DNA of 64,000 nt from the NCBI GenBank assembly GCA_040182905.1, contig JARQWU010000010.1, positions 1 to 64,000 on the forward strand. Direction: 5' to 3'. The number at the start of each line of letters is the position of its first letter. The first letter of the stretch is position 1. Under the pieces are notes generated by a model, which saw only the letters and a list, made by a program, of their open reading frames with translations, searched no databases and was not told the DNA's origin. This document shows positions 54,434-64,000 of the stretch, piece by piece. The translations under genes and the position numbers were made by a program. The DNA is from Barthelona sp. PAP020 (Eukaryota).

Positions 54434-55714
54434 TTAAGTTCTAAATAACTTCGCCAGTTGAAAAATTTGTTCATCATCAAAGGATAACTCCTGTTGAGAA
54501 TTATTTTGATAAGGTTTTACACGACAAGAATAACAACAAGGAATAATAACATCTTCAGACCAAATTAAACGTAAATCATCTAAAATTCTTCTTGCTTGAG
54601 TATTTTCTTGAATAATTCTTGGGTCAATATCAGTTGAATACGCTAAAAGATAAGAAACATTGTTTATATCGAAAAATTGAGGTTGCACTAGCAAAGAATA
54701 TTGAACGAAACTGAAAATCATGCACTCATGAAGTGCTTGTAACTGGTACTCTACAATTTCAAAAGAATAACTTTTAAAAAGTTCCAAAACTGGCAATAAC
54801 CATTCCATTTCAACACAAATAACCTTACTTGATGGAATTACAGAAGACAATCTCCTTTTTCCTGTGTTTCCCACTTGAAGCAATCTCAATTCTAAAAAAT
54901 TAATGAATGTTTTTTTTGCTTGTGTCAACAACATGTTTATTTCCCGGTTGTAATTTTCATTTTTTTGAAAAAACTGATGATAATACAGTATCGATAAAAA
55001 AAGGCCAACCATTTCCAACTGGGAAGTTCCAGCAAAATCTGAGGAATAATGGCTCAAATGATTTTGCAACTCATCATGTACAACAGATCTAAGTGAATCA
55101 TTATCAATCAATTTACTTGCATCAAGATATTTCCCAATAAATGGAGAGGCAATTCCATATTCAAAAATATCCAATAAAGATGGTTGAAAAGTGTGAGGTA
55201 TATTATATATTTTTAGAGTAAACTTTTCAAAATAAGAAAATGAATTGAGTGGGATTAAAAATTGTCTCAAATACAATTGAGTAAATTTAAATTTTAATAG
55301 AATTTTATATTGTTCAATTAGAGTTGCAATGGGTAAATAATTAATGGTATTAAAAATCTTTTTGAAAGATTCTTCTAATTGATTCAAAAATTCATTTTGG
55401 GGAATTTCTAAAACTTTCATGGAATTTTGAATGTCTAAAATAATACAACACCAAGTATAAAGCAGCTCATTTGAATTTGCATACATTTTAATTGCATGAC
55501 AAAAATTATCAGATAATTTAAAAAAATATTTCATAAAAGTCATCCAATAATCAATTTGTGCTTGTTTAGGAATAAAAACTTCCAATTTTTTTGTGTTATT
55601 TTCCATTTTAAAAATTGAATGTTTAAAATGAATAAATGTTTTGGAGATACTCATATTGATGGATTTGTCACCATCTAAATGTTCAAGAAATGATTTTAAA
55701 GAAATGCATTGCAT
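54434..55714 (-). CDS. Divergent Exo70-like helical-rod protein
   Basis: 'TQAKKTFINF..IPSSKVICVEM..L', 'FFDINNVSYLL' (Exo70 IFL.NNY.YIL), 'LRLIWSE'; ATG at 55714. Confidence 0.45.
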   Translation of the reverse strand: MQCISLKSFLEHLDGDKSINMSISKTFIHFKHSIFKMENNTKKLEVFIPKQAQIDYWMTFMKYFFKLSDNFCHAIKMYANSNELLYTWCCIILDIQNSMKVLEIPQNEFLNQLEESFKKIFNTINYLPIATLIEQYKILLKFKFTQLYLRQFLIPLNSFSYFEKFTLKIYNIPHTFQPSLLDIFEYGIASPFIGKYLDASKLIDNDSLRSVVHDELQNHLSHYSSDFAGTSQLEMVGLFLSILYYHQFFQKNENYNREINMLLTQAKKTFINFLELRLLQVGNTGKRRLSSVIPSSKVICVEMEWLLPVLELFKSYSFEIVEYQLQALHECMIFSFVQYSLLVQPQFFDINNVSYLLAYSTDIDPRIIQENTQARRILDDLRLIWSEDVIIPCCYSCRVKPYQNNSQQELSFDDEQIFQLAKLFRT

Positions 55715-55738
55715 CAAAAAAAAAACCTTTTTTTACAA

Positions 55739-58700
55739 ATGGATTTTGCTCTTGAGCAAGTACATCGGTTAGGCACTGAAGAAAGTGAAAAAGCAACTGA
55801 AGACATTAAGCAAATAGCCAAAGAGAACACAAGTTTTCCTTTTTGATTAAAATCATATTCTAACATTGTAGATTGGCCATTTTTGTTGACAAAATTGTTG
55901 AAATCAGATGAAGTCTCTATTCAAGACAAAATGTTAGCTGGTACATGCTTGGAACATTTTTTTGAAAGTCATTGGTCATCATTACTACCAAAATTTGATG
56001 AACCAGAAGTTTCTTTTGAGGATAAATCAACATTAATAGATGAAATTTTAAACCTTTTAGCCAATTCTTCATTTCAATTGGTTAATGTTATTGTTCCATG
56101 TTTAGAAATTGTTGTTAAAGCTGAACCTGAGCAATTAGTTAAGATTTTGGACCAACTTTTGGAGATGTTATCGGATGAGAGTTATTATTCTTCTCAAGCT
56201 GTAATAAAAGGATGTTTTAAATCTTTGGCCACTGTTTGTTCATATTTAGATTCAGAGGACTTATTCGGAGATGAATCATACCTTGAAAACATTTTAGCTG
56301 TTACGATTGAATGGATTGAACGTTCAGATGATTCCAGATTGCAATATCATTGTTTTAAAGTCATTAAAGAAATCATGCTTCACGTATGTTATATTCAAGA
56401 AGACCATACTAAAGATGAACAGGAAGGAATACATGAGCTTGTCAATCAAATTATGGAAACTATCACTCCCCTATTAGTTAGTCACTTAACAATTGATTCA
56501 GAAATTGATATGAGTGATATGCCTGCTGGACATGCTTTATATTTCCTTCAAAAGTGCAAATATACTTGTTTTTCACTTGATTACAGTGTTCAAGTTATGA
56601 TTATTGATATATTTAGAACCTTAATGGTTTCAATGCCTAATGTGATGGTTAAACATGTTAATTTGGAGGTTGTTGGAAGTGTTTATGGAATACTTGCTAA
56701 AGCTTTTCCATTTCATTTATTTTGCAATATCTTTCACATTCCTGAAAGCTTGGAAGAAGAGTTAGCAGATTTACCAGATCCTGGTTATGATACAAAGGAA
56801 AGCAAAAGACCTTTGAGTAATCTGATATCAAATGCGTTTGATTTCTTTATGACTTTGATTGAAAAGGCTTGTTTTAGACATATGATACAAGGAGCCTTCA
56901 AGAATGTTTTAGATACTACTTTGATGTATTGTATGGTTGATTACTATACTTTGGAATATTGGGGAAGATTTCCTGCTGAATTTAACACCGATATGGACGT
57001 TATTGCAACCATATACACTCCACGTGTTGCAGCTATCAGTTTTTTGCGTGAGGCTTGTGATAATGTTCCTAGAAGTGTGTGTGAAAATGTCAGTGAACAT
57101 TTGATTACACAATGTGAAAGACTTAGCAGTGCTTTTGGCTTTGAAACAGTTGAGGAGATGTTTATCAATGATAGAACTATTGAAGTATTGTTGTCTTCTT
57201 TGGAAGGGTTAGATTTTTCTTCTTGGCCTGTTGATGAATTGGATATTATCCGACAAATTGTTAACGCTAGTTCTTGGTTGCCATTTGAAGCATTGTTTAT
57301 GTGCATGATGTCAATTGCTGATACATTGACAAATGAAAAATATGGATTTGATAGTCAAGGATTTGCTGAGTTATTATTGGAACAAGCTTTAGAATTTGAA
57401 GAAGAACACGTTATTTCAAGAGCTTTTGTAGCATTGTCATACTTTATCAGAGTTTTTGATGAAGAAGATAATATCAAGCGTTTTATTGATATGATTGTTC
57501 TTCATTTAGGTTCTGATGATGAATTAAAGCAAATATGTGGTTATTATGCCATTTCCAAGATGAAAGAATCATTCTTTGAAATATCTGAAACAAAAGGTGC
57601 TCAATTGGCTCCTGTCTTCGCTCCTTATATTGAAGGAATATCCATACATATATGCGAATTTCTTATCAATCTTCTGCCTGATGACGATGAAGCTAAATTG
57701 AAGGATAGTGATACTGAAACTTTGGGAACATTGCCTTTAGATGCTTTAAGTGCATTGATTTCGATGGATCCTGTCTCATTTTCTAAACAGATTGGAGATA
57801 ATTTAATAACTATTGTTGAAGCTGTTATTCATATTTGGGAAAAGGCACAAGCGTTGGCCTTTTTGGTACAAACATCCCAAGAGTGTATTTTTTGTTTGAT
57901 GAATGATGAAGGTAGTGTACGTATTCTACAGGAGTTATTGTACCCCTTTTTAAAGAGAACAATCTTACGTATGCTAGATTTGGACACTAATATGTCTGAA
58001 GATGATTTAATTGTTGAATCAACAATTGCTGCCAACAGTTTAGCGATTTTAGGCGATTTATTATGCAAATCACCCAAAACTGTTGATCTTTATGAACCTT
58101 TGGTTACTGAATTGTTTCCTTTGATTGGTTCTATTATTGAAAAAACAGAAATTGACACTATCTTACAAAATGCATGTGAAACTTATAGATATTATGTTGT
58201 TGCATGTCATAGTCTACTTGGTGAAATGGATTTTGATGGTAATTCTGGTTTAGACCTATTTTTGATGGCTGCTGGAAAGTTATTAGATCCAGAAACACCA
58301 GAAGATTCTGCATATTATGTTGGAACCTATTTAGTTACTTTAACCCGTCATTATGCAGAACAACTAATTGAATCTGATGTGTTTAGTCAAATAATCATTA
58401 TGATTACTGAAAGATTGATTCAAGCAAAAACAAAAAACAAAACTGGATTTTTAAATTCTTTACTTTACTTTATTTTCTATATATTCAACACCTTAGATGT
58501 TAGTGCCTTGTGTGAAGTATTTGATTCTGTTGAATTACCAGATGGATATCCTGATTATTCGATGAGTTCTTTTGTTTTAAGACTGTTAGGTGAAAGATTT
58601 GTCAATGTTCAAGGACATTTCTATGAACGAGTGGCTTCAAGTGCTGCAGTTAAAATTTTGGAGTCTGGAACCGAACATTTGAACAATACCATTATCATAC

Positions 58701-59089
58701 GTACAAAAGTTAAAAGAGGTCAGGAAGATGAAGAGGAAAATATTACTTTGGGTTCCAAAATGGTTGGTAATTTGTTGGTCATGTATGATACGACAAAAGA
58801 AGGTCAAATGGTTAGAGAAAAGGAAGATGTTGAAGATGAATGGGCTTATGAAGAGGATGATTTCAGTCCTTTTGATGTTGATGAGTTTAATTACTTAACA
58901 ATGGGTGAAATATTAGAAGATGATGAATATTCTGATGTTCTAGAGAAACAAGATCCTCTTTACAATTTAGATTTACTTGAATTTATTGATAATTTTGTTA
59001 AAAACAATAGTTCTACCATTGAACAATATTATGAGGAGCTTTCTAATGATGAAAAAAGTATTTTACAAGGAATAATTGATGGAAATTAG
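55739..59089 (+). CDS. IPO9: Importin-9-like karyopherin, 2 exons: 55739-55832 and 55872-59089
   Basis: IBN_N-like 'LAGTCLEHFFESHW', HEAT repeats, 'YVGTYLVTL', acidic loop, 'DPLYNLDLLEFI'. Confidence 0.75.
55833..55871 (+). other. Spliceosomal intron (39 nt) in the IPO9-like gene
   Basis: GTTTTC...TCTAAC-ATTGTAG; phase 1, carries an in-frame TGA. Confidence 0.8.
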
Positions 59090-59380
59090 TTAATGCGGGT
59101 ATAAATAAAAGATTTTATTGTTTTTTTTTTGCTTTTCTTTTAAAAGAGACGTTTTCGAGTGTTTTGTTTAAATTTTCTAATATGAAAGGATAGTTTTTGA
59201 AAAGCAGGTAAAAATTTGTCTAAAAAGAAAAATTTAGACAAGGTCCTGTTTTATATTTTACAAAATAATAAAATTTATTTTAAAAGTGATGATTTGAACA
59301 AAAAAATCTTTTTGAATTTTGAAAACGAAGCAATCAATTAAAAATCCAATATTGTTTCTTCAAATTTGTTTCCTTTTTTG

Positions 59381-60886
59381 ATGTTTGATCAACTTAAACA
59401 TTTTCAAGATTGCCTTTTGGAAGTTGCTAATAATAATTTTAATGGGCTTAAAGAGGTAATTCAAAATGTTGATTTTGATTCCATATTTACATCACTTTCC
59501 GAATGCGAAATTCCAGTTTTCCAGATAGCTTTCAAACTTGCAAATGGTTTTATTAACAGTGAAGAAGCAATTAAAGAATCTGTTGTGCTATATTATAGAA
59601 TTCTTTGGTTATCAAGTACTTTTGAAGAACTGTTGAAAAAAGCACCCCAAATGGAAAATGATACCAAATTCAAACAATGCTTAACCCAATTTAGTGAAAA
59701 CTGCCAGGTTGCATCAGAAATTATTGAGAAAAGTCTAAATCGGGGGTTAATTACCCAATGTATATTTGGAAGTGGTGATTTAGATAAAATTAGACAACTT
59801 CATCGGAAGTTTGACAGTTTGAATAATGATTTGAATATAATGTTGACTACCTATGTTATTACTGCTATTCCTGACAATGTTTCTGATAAGATTAAACAAC
59901 ATTTAGATGAAATGAATAATAGACTAGAAATGATGTTGATTGACCATTCAACTGCATTGCAAAAACAGACAAATGATATGTTTGTTTCCTTTGTGGAGAG
60001 AATCGAAACATCAAAAGAAGAACGTAATAACGATTTGCGGAGAATCTTGAATAAAATTGAGGAAATGAATGATATTCGCAGTGAGTCGTCTTTTGAAGTT
60101 CCAATTCTTGAATATGGTAATTTGAATTCTTTATTTGAAATCAGTAGAAGTGCTTCTGCAACCACTTATAAAGGAAGTAACATGGGCAGTGATGTTGCTA
60201 TCAAATTTTTGAACAACTCTACCAAAAAACAAGTAAAAGATGAATGTATTGCTGCTACATTTGTCAATCAATTTATTTGTCGTGTATTTGGGATGACTCA
60301 TAACAATGGTCAATGGGGTATTGTTACCGAATATTGTCCAAGTTCCCTGAAGGAAAGAATGTATGAAATGACAGTAAGTGAGAAACTCACAAGCATGATT
60401 CAATTAGCAGATGCATTGGAGTATTGTCATAGTAGAGGTATTATTCACCGTGATGTCAATCCTAGCAATGTTTTGATAAGAAAAGATGGTACAGTTGCAC
60501 TTTGTAATTTTGGGTTAATTCGCTGTTTTGAAAGGAATAGTGTACTTTCCAAGATGGGAACTATTCTCTACATGCCTCCTGAAATTTTTGCTGAAATGAA
60601 TCCTGTTGCACATCCTGGTATTGATTATTGGGCATTTGCAGTGTCATATTTTGAAGTAATGAGTGAACATGCTCCTTTTGAAGATATTTCTGAAACTTTG
60701 GTTGCTGTTAATTTGGTGAGTGGAAAGAAGCCCTTTCAAAAGATTGAAAGCGTGGTTGGATATGAGTTTATTTCAAAATGCTTTGATGAAAAGCCAACTA
60801 ACCGACCAATGTTTTCAGAAATTGTCACATATCTCAAAACTTTGCTTTGTAAGTGGGAAAATATTATTGAGAAGGATGAAGCCTGA
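59381..60886 (+). CDS. MLKL-like N-terminal helical bundle + coiled coil + pseudokinase
   Basis: Kinase fold with VAIK and YMPPE retained, but Gly loop SRSASA, HRDVN and NFG in place of DFG; ATG at 59381. Confidence 0.8.
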   Translation: MFDQLKHFQDCLLEVANNNFNGLKEVIQNVDFDSIFTSLSECEIPVFQIAFKLANGFINSEEAIKESVVLYYRILWLSSTFEELLKKAPQMENDTKFKQCLTQFSENCQVASEIIEKSLNRGLITQCIFGSGDLDKIRQLHRKFDSLNNDLNIMLTTYVITAIPDNVSDKIKQHLDEMNNRLEMMLIDHSTALQKQTNDMFVSFVERIETSKEERNNDLRRILNKIEEMNDIRSESSFEVPILEYGNLNSLFEISRSASATTYKGSNMGSDVAIKFLNNSTKKQVKDECIAATFVNQFICRVFGMTHNNGQWGIVTEYCPSSLKERMYEMTVSEKLTSMIQLADALEYCHSRGIIHRDVNPSNVLIRKDGTVALCNFGLIRCFERNSVLSKMGTILYMPPEIFAEMNPVAHPGIDYWAFAVSYFEVMSEHAPFEDISETLVAVNLVSGKKPFQKIESVVGYEFISKCFDEKPTNRPMFSEIVTYLKTLLCKWENIIEKDEA

Positions 60887-61110
60887 TTTTTCTTTTTTTT
60901 TGCAGTATTTTTTGGGATGTCTTTGTTTTGTGTCTGTTTTGTTGTTTATTTTTGTTGTAAATTGTCATTTTGTTTTTTGTCATTTTATATGATAATGTAA
61001 TAGTTTTAGACACTCATTTTGCTTAAACTTCAAAGAAACAAAAGGTTTTTTTCAATCAAACAGATTCTTTTCAAAAAAAACAAATTTTGTTAGACTATCA
61101 TTTTTTTCTC

Positions 61111-63558
61111 ATGTTGAATATTCTTCAAGACTTCCAAAATTCGCTTTTAAATATAATCAAGGACGATTTTTTGGGGTTCGATGAAATAATTCAAACCATA
61201 CACTTCAATACGATCTTTCCATCACTTTATGAAATGAAAATATCTATTTTAGAATTAATACCTGAATTTGGTATCCGTATTGGGAAAAGTTTAAATCTAC
61301 AAGAGGAATTAATAGTTTTACATTTTAGAATTCTTTGGTTTGTGACTATTTTTGAAGATATTTTGAATCAAGACTTTTCTATTAGAAATGACAAAACATT
61401 TGAACAACATTTAGAACATTTTTCGGAAAACTGCATGACATTTTCGGAGGTCATTGAAAGGAGTGTAATTTGTAGTTTTAGATTGGTAAACGTGAATTTA
61501 GAAAGGATTAAAAAATTACATTGTAAACTTGATGATTTGAATAGAAATTTACTCAAGGAACTAAGTATTTTTTCTGTCAGGGCCATTCCTGATTATGTTC
61601 AGAATAAAATTTCTCAACATATAAAACAGATTAATAGAAGACTAATGCAAGAAATGACCAATAATCTAACTAAATTTGAAAAGTCTGAAAAACAAAATAT
61701 TCACACTTCTTACGTTTCTTTCAATTCTGTTTCTCCCAAACACAACGGTGAAGTAACTAAATTCTTTCAAAAAGTTGAAGAAATTAAGGATAAAAGGAAT
61801 AATTCATTAATTGAAGTATCATATATTGATATTGATGAACTGAACTGCTCATATGAATTAGGACGAGGAGGTTTTGCTACTATATTTAAGGGTACTTATA
61901 AACGAAGCGATGTTGCCATTAAAATTCCTTATGATTCTACAAAACAAAAAGTTTTAGATGAGTGTGTTGCTATATCATTCAGTCATCGTTTTATTTGTGA
62001 TGTTTTTGGTATTACTTGTAAAGATGGACAATGGGGAATAGTTATGGAGTATTGTCCCAGTTCCCTTGGTAAAAAGATGCATGAAATGACAGTTCTTGAG
62101 AAACTGAAGAGTTTAATGCAATTGGCTGATGCCCTCAATTATTGTCATCGCAAAGGTGTCATTCACCGAGATGTCAAACCAAGTAATGTTTTAATCAGAA
62201 AAGATGGGACGATTGCACTTTGTGATTTTGGACTAATTCGTTTTTTTGAAAGGAACAGTGTAAGTTCAACTTTTGGGACTGTCCATTATATGCCACCTGA
62301 AGTTGGAACTGAAGAAAACACAATTGTACAACCGGGTATTGATTCATGGGCTTTTGCAGTCACATATTTTGAGGTTATCACTGAATGTACTCCTTTTGAA
62401 GGAGTTCCTAATTACATGATCAGTATGAAATTAGCTAATGGAAATAAACCTTTTCATGATTTTGACATTGAAAAAGCAATTGGATATGATTTTATTTCTA
62501 AGTGTTTTGATTCAATACCAGAAAACAGACCTAATTTTGCTGAAATTGTTTTATATCTTGAACTTTTATTGGATAAAATGGAACAAGTGGTTGAAATAGA
62601 AACAATTGTCGATCCATATCGAAAACATAATATGGACAATGTTGTTGTGCCTAGTGACCTTTATATTGATGGAATTGAAGAATTCAGTTTTGAAAAAACG
62701 TTATTTCCAGCTGCATACAGTGGAAATCTTGATGTTGTGAAACAATGCATCAAAGTTGGTATAAATGTAAATAGACAAGGAAAAGAAGGAAGAACTGCAT
62801 TATTTGCGGCTGCTTTCTGTGGTCATACTGATATTGTAAATTTTCTTCTGGATTTTGGTGCTGATGTCAATTTATGTATGAAAAAAGGAGCTTCTCCTTT
62901 GTATGTTAGTTGTCAAAATGGACATTTTGATGTGGCTAAAATCCTTTTGGATCACAATGCAAATGTTAATCTGTGTATGAAAAAAGTTTTTTCTCCCTTA
63001 CATATAAGTTGTCAAAATGGACATTTGGATCTTGCTAGATTGCTATTAAATTACGGAAATGATGTAAATGTATGTATAAATGATGGTACTTCTCCATTGT
63101 ATCTTGGTTGCTATCATGGTAATATTGAAATTGTAAAGTATCTTCTAATTCATGGAGCTGACATAAATTTATGTGACAACAATGGAATTTCTCCATTGTA
63201 TAGGAGCTGTGAAAATGGTTATTTGGATATAGTTGCTTTGCTTTTGAACCATGGGGCTGATATTAATTTATGTTCTACTAATAATTCTTCACCTCTTTAC
63301 ATCAGTTGTTTTGGAGGACATTTTGATGTTGTTAAGTTTTTATTAGAGAATGGCGCAAACATTGATGCGTGTAGAAATGATGGAGCATCATCTTTGTTTG
63401 TTTGTTGTCAAAATGGTCATTTTGATATTGCAAAATTGTTATTGGATTATCATATTAATGTTGATTTCAAGTGTGACAACAAATTTACAGCACTTGATAT
63501 TGCCAAATCTCAAAATTTTTCAAAAATTGTTGAACTTTTGGAACCTTATTTTGTATGA
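61111..63558 (+). CDS. MLKL-like N-terminal helical bundle + intact TKL-type kinase + ~8-9 ankyrin repeats
   Basis: GRGGFA, VAIK, HRDVKPSN, DFG, YMPPE; 33-aa repeats 'G.SPLY.SC..GH.D.AK.LL..GA.VN'; ATG at 61111. Confidence 0.85.
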   Translation: MLNILQDFQNSLLNIIKDDFLGFDEIIQTIHFNTIFPSLYEMKISILELIPEFGIRIGKSLNLQEELIVLHFRILWFVTIFEDILNQDFSIRNDKTFEQHLEHFSENCMTFSEVIERSVICSFRLVNVNLERIKKLHCKLDDLNRNLLKELSIFSVRAIPDYVQNKISQHIKQINRRLMQEMTNNLTKFEKSEKQNIHTSYVSFNSVSPKHNGEVTKFFQKVEEIKDKRNNSLIEVSYIDIDELNCSYELGRGGFATIFKGTYKRSDVAIKIPYDSTKQKVLDECVAISFSHRFICDVFGITCKDGQWGIVMEYCPSSLGKKMHEMTVLEKLKSLMQLADALNYCHRKGVIHRDVKPSNVLIRKDGTIALCDFGLIRFFERNSVSSTFGTVHYMPPEVGTEENTIVQPGIDSWAFAVTYFEVITECTPFEGVPNYMISMKLANGNKPFHDFDIEKAIGYDFISKCFDSIPENRPNFAEIVLYLELLLDKMEQVVEIETIVDPYRKHNMDNVVVPSDLYIDGIEEFSFEKTLFPAAYSGNLDVVKQCIKVGINVNRQGKEGRTALFAAAFCGHTDIVNFLLDFGADVNLCMKKGASPLYVSCQNGHFDVAKILLDHNANVNLCMKKVFSPLHISCQNGHLDLARLLLNYGNDVNVCINDGTSPLYLGCYHGNIEIVKYLLIHGADINLCDNNGISPLYRSCENGYLDIVALLLNHGADINLCSTNNSSPLYISCFGGHFDVVKFLLENGANIDACRNDGASSLFVCCQNGHFDIAKLLLDYHINVDFKCDNKFTALDIAKSQNFSKIVELLEPYFV

Positions 63559-64000
63559 TATGTTCTCTAAATTTTGAGTGAGAAGATTTAATTTTTGAAA
63601 ATGTTAATAGCTTAATTGTTTCTTAAAGGATATTATTTTCTTGTTTAAATTGCATATATGACATCATTTAAAGACCTGTGTTTATTACAATTTGATTGTC
63701 TCTTTTGTACTTTTATTTTATTTAAATACTGTATTTATTGTAAAATTACTTTATTTTTTGTTTTATTGTGTGTGTTCAAATAAAGAATTAATGTAGCAAT
63801 AATTTTTTTTAAAGCTCTTTCTGATGAAATTGATATTTTAATCAGGAGAAATTCATTGCAGCAATTATAAATGATAACTTGGGAATCTCTTTTTGACATG
63901 TCCCAACAAACAAAACTTTTTTTTTCCTGATGAATTGAAATGATTGAAATCATTTCTATTTTAAAAAATGTATTAAAAGGTATTATTTCGAAAGAGATTA

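Noticed and set aside
18..63953. Numerous short antisense or overlapping ORFs in the six-frame track
   Set aside because: They are shadows of real genes (F/S/L-rich antisense of E/K-rich sequence) with no recognisable motifs.
1..64000. Alternative genetic code, CRISPR arrays, tRNA/rRNA genes, transposons, inteins
   Set aside because: Conserved genes read through with the standard code and end at TAA, TAG or TGA. I saw no repeat-spacer arrays, cloverleafs, transposase/RT ORFs or intein motifs.

Overview
Gene-dense, AT-rich nuclear DNA from a microbial eukaryote, read with the standard genetic code. About 35 protein genes or gene fragments lie in 64 kb, intergenic gaps are often 20-200 bp, and there are three assembly gaps. 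The organism is flagellated (CFAP57, FOR20, an IFT121 fragment). Two intronless bacterial-type metabolic genes (cysteine synthase, glycerate dehydrogenase) and very short introns with a fixed branch-point-to-AG spacing suggest a free-living anaerobic, metamonad-like protist; this is an inference. Most genes are housekeeping: ribosome biogenesis, trafficking, chromatin, UPF1, INO1. I reconstructed five 34-39 nt spliceosomal introns that the ORF track misses. The most striking element is a tandem paralogous pair at 59.4-63.6 kb. Both genes have an MLKL-like N-terminal helical bundle and a kinase domain. One is a selectively inactivated pseudokinase and the other is an intact kinase with ankyrin repeats, making this a candidate necroptosis-like sensor/executor module. 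Also notable are a hairpin-dense ~0.8 kb candidate ncRNA locus (51.8-52.6 kb), a degenerate two-domain transmembrane nucleotidyl cyclase and an abrupt compositional shift at ~4.65 kb. All family calls come from motif recognition, not database searches.
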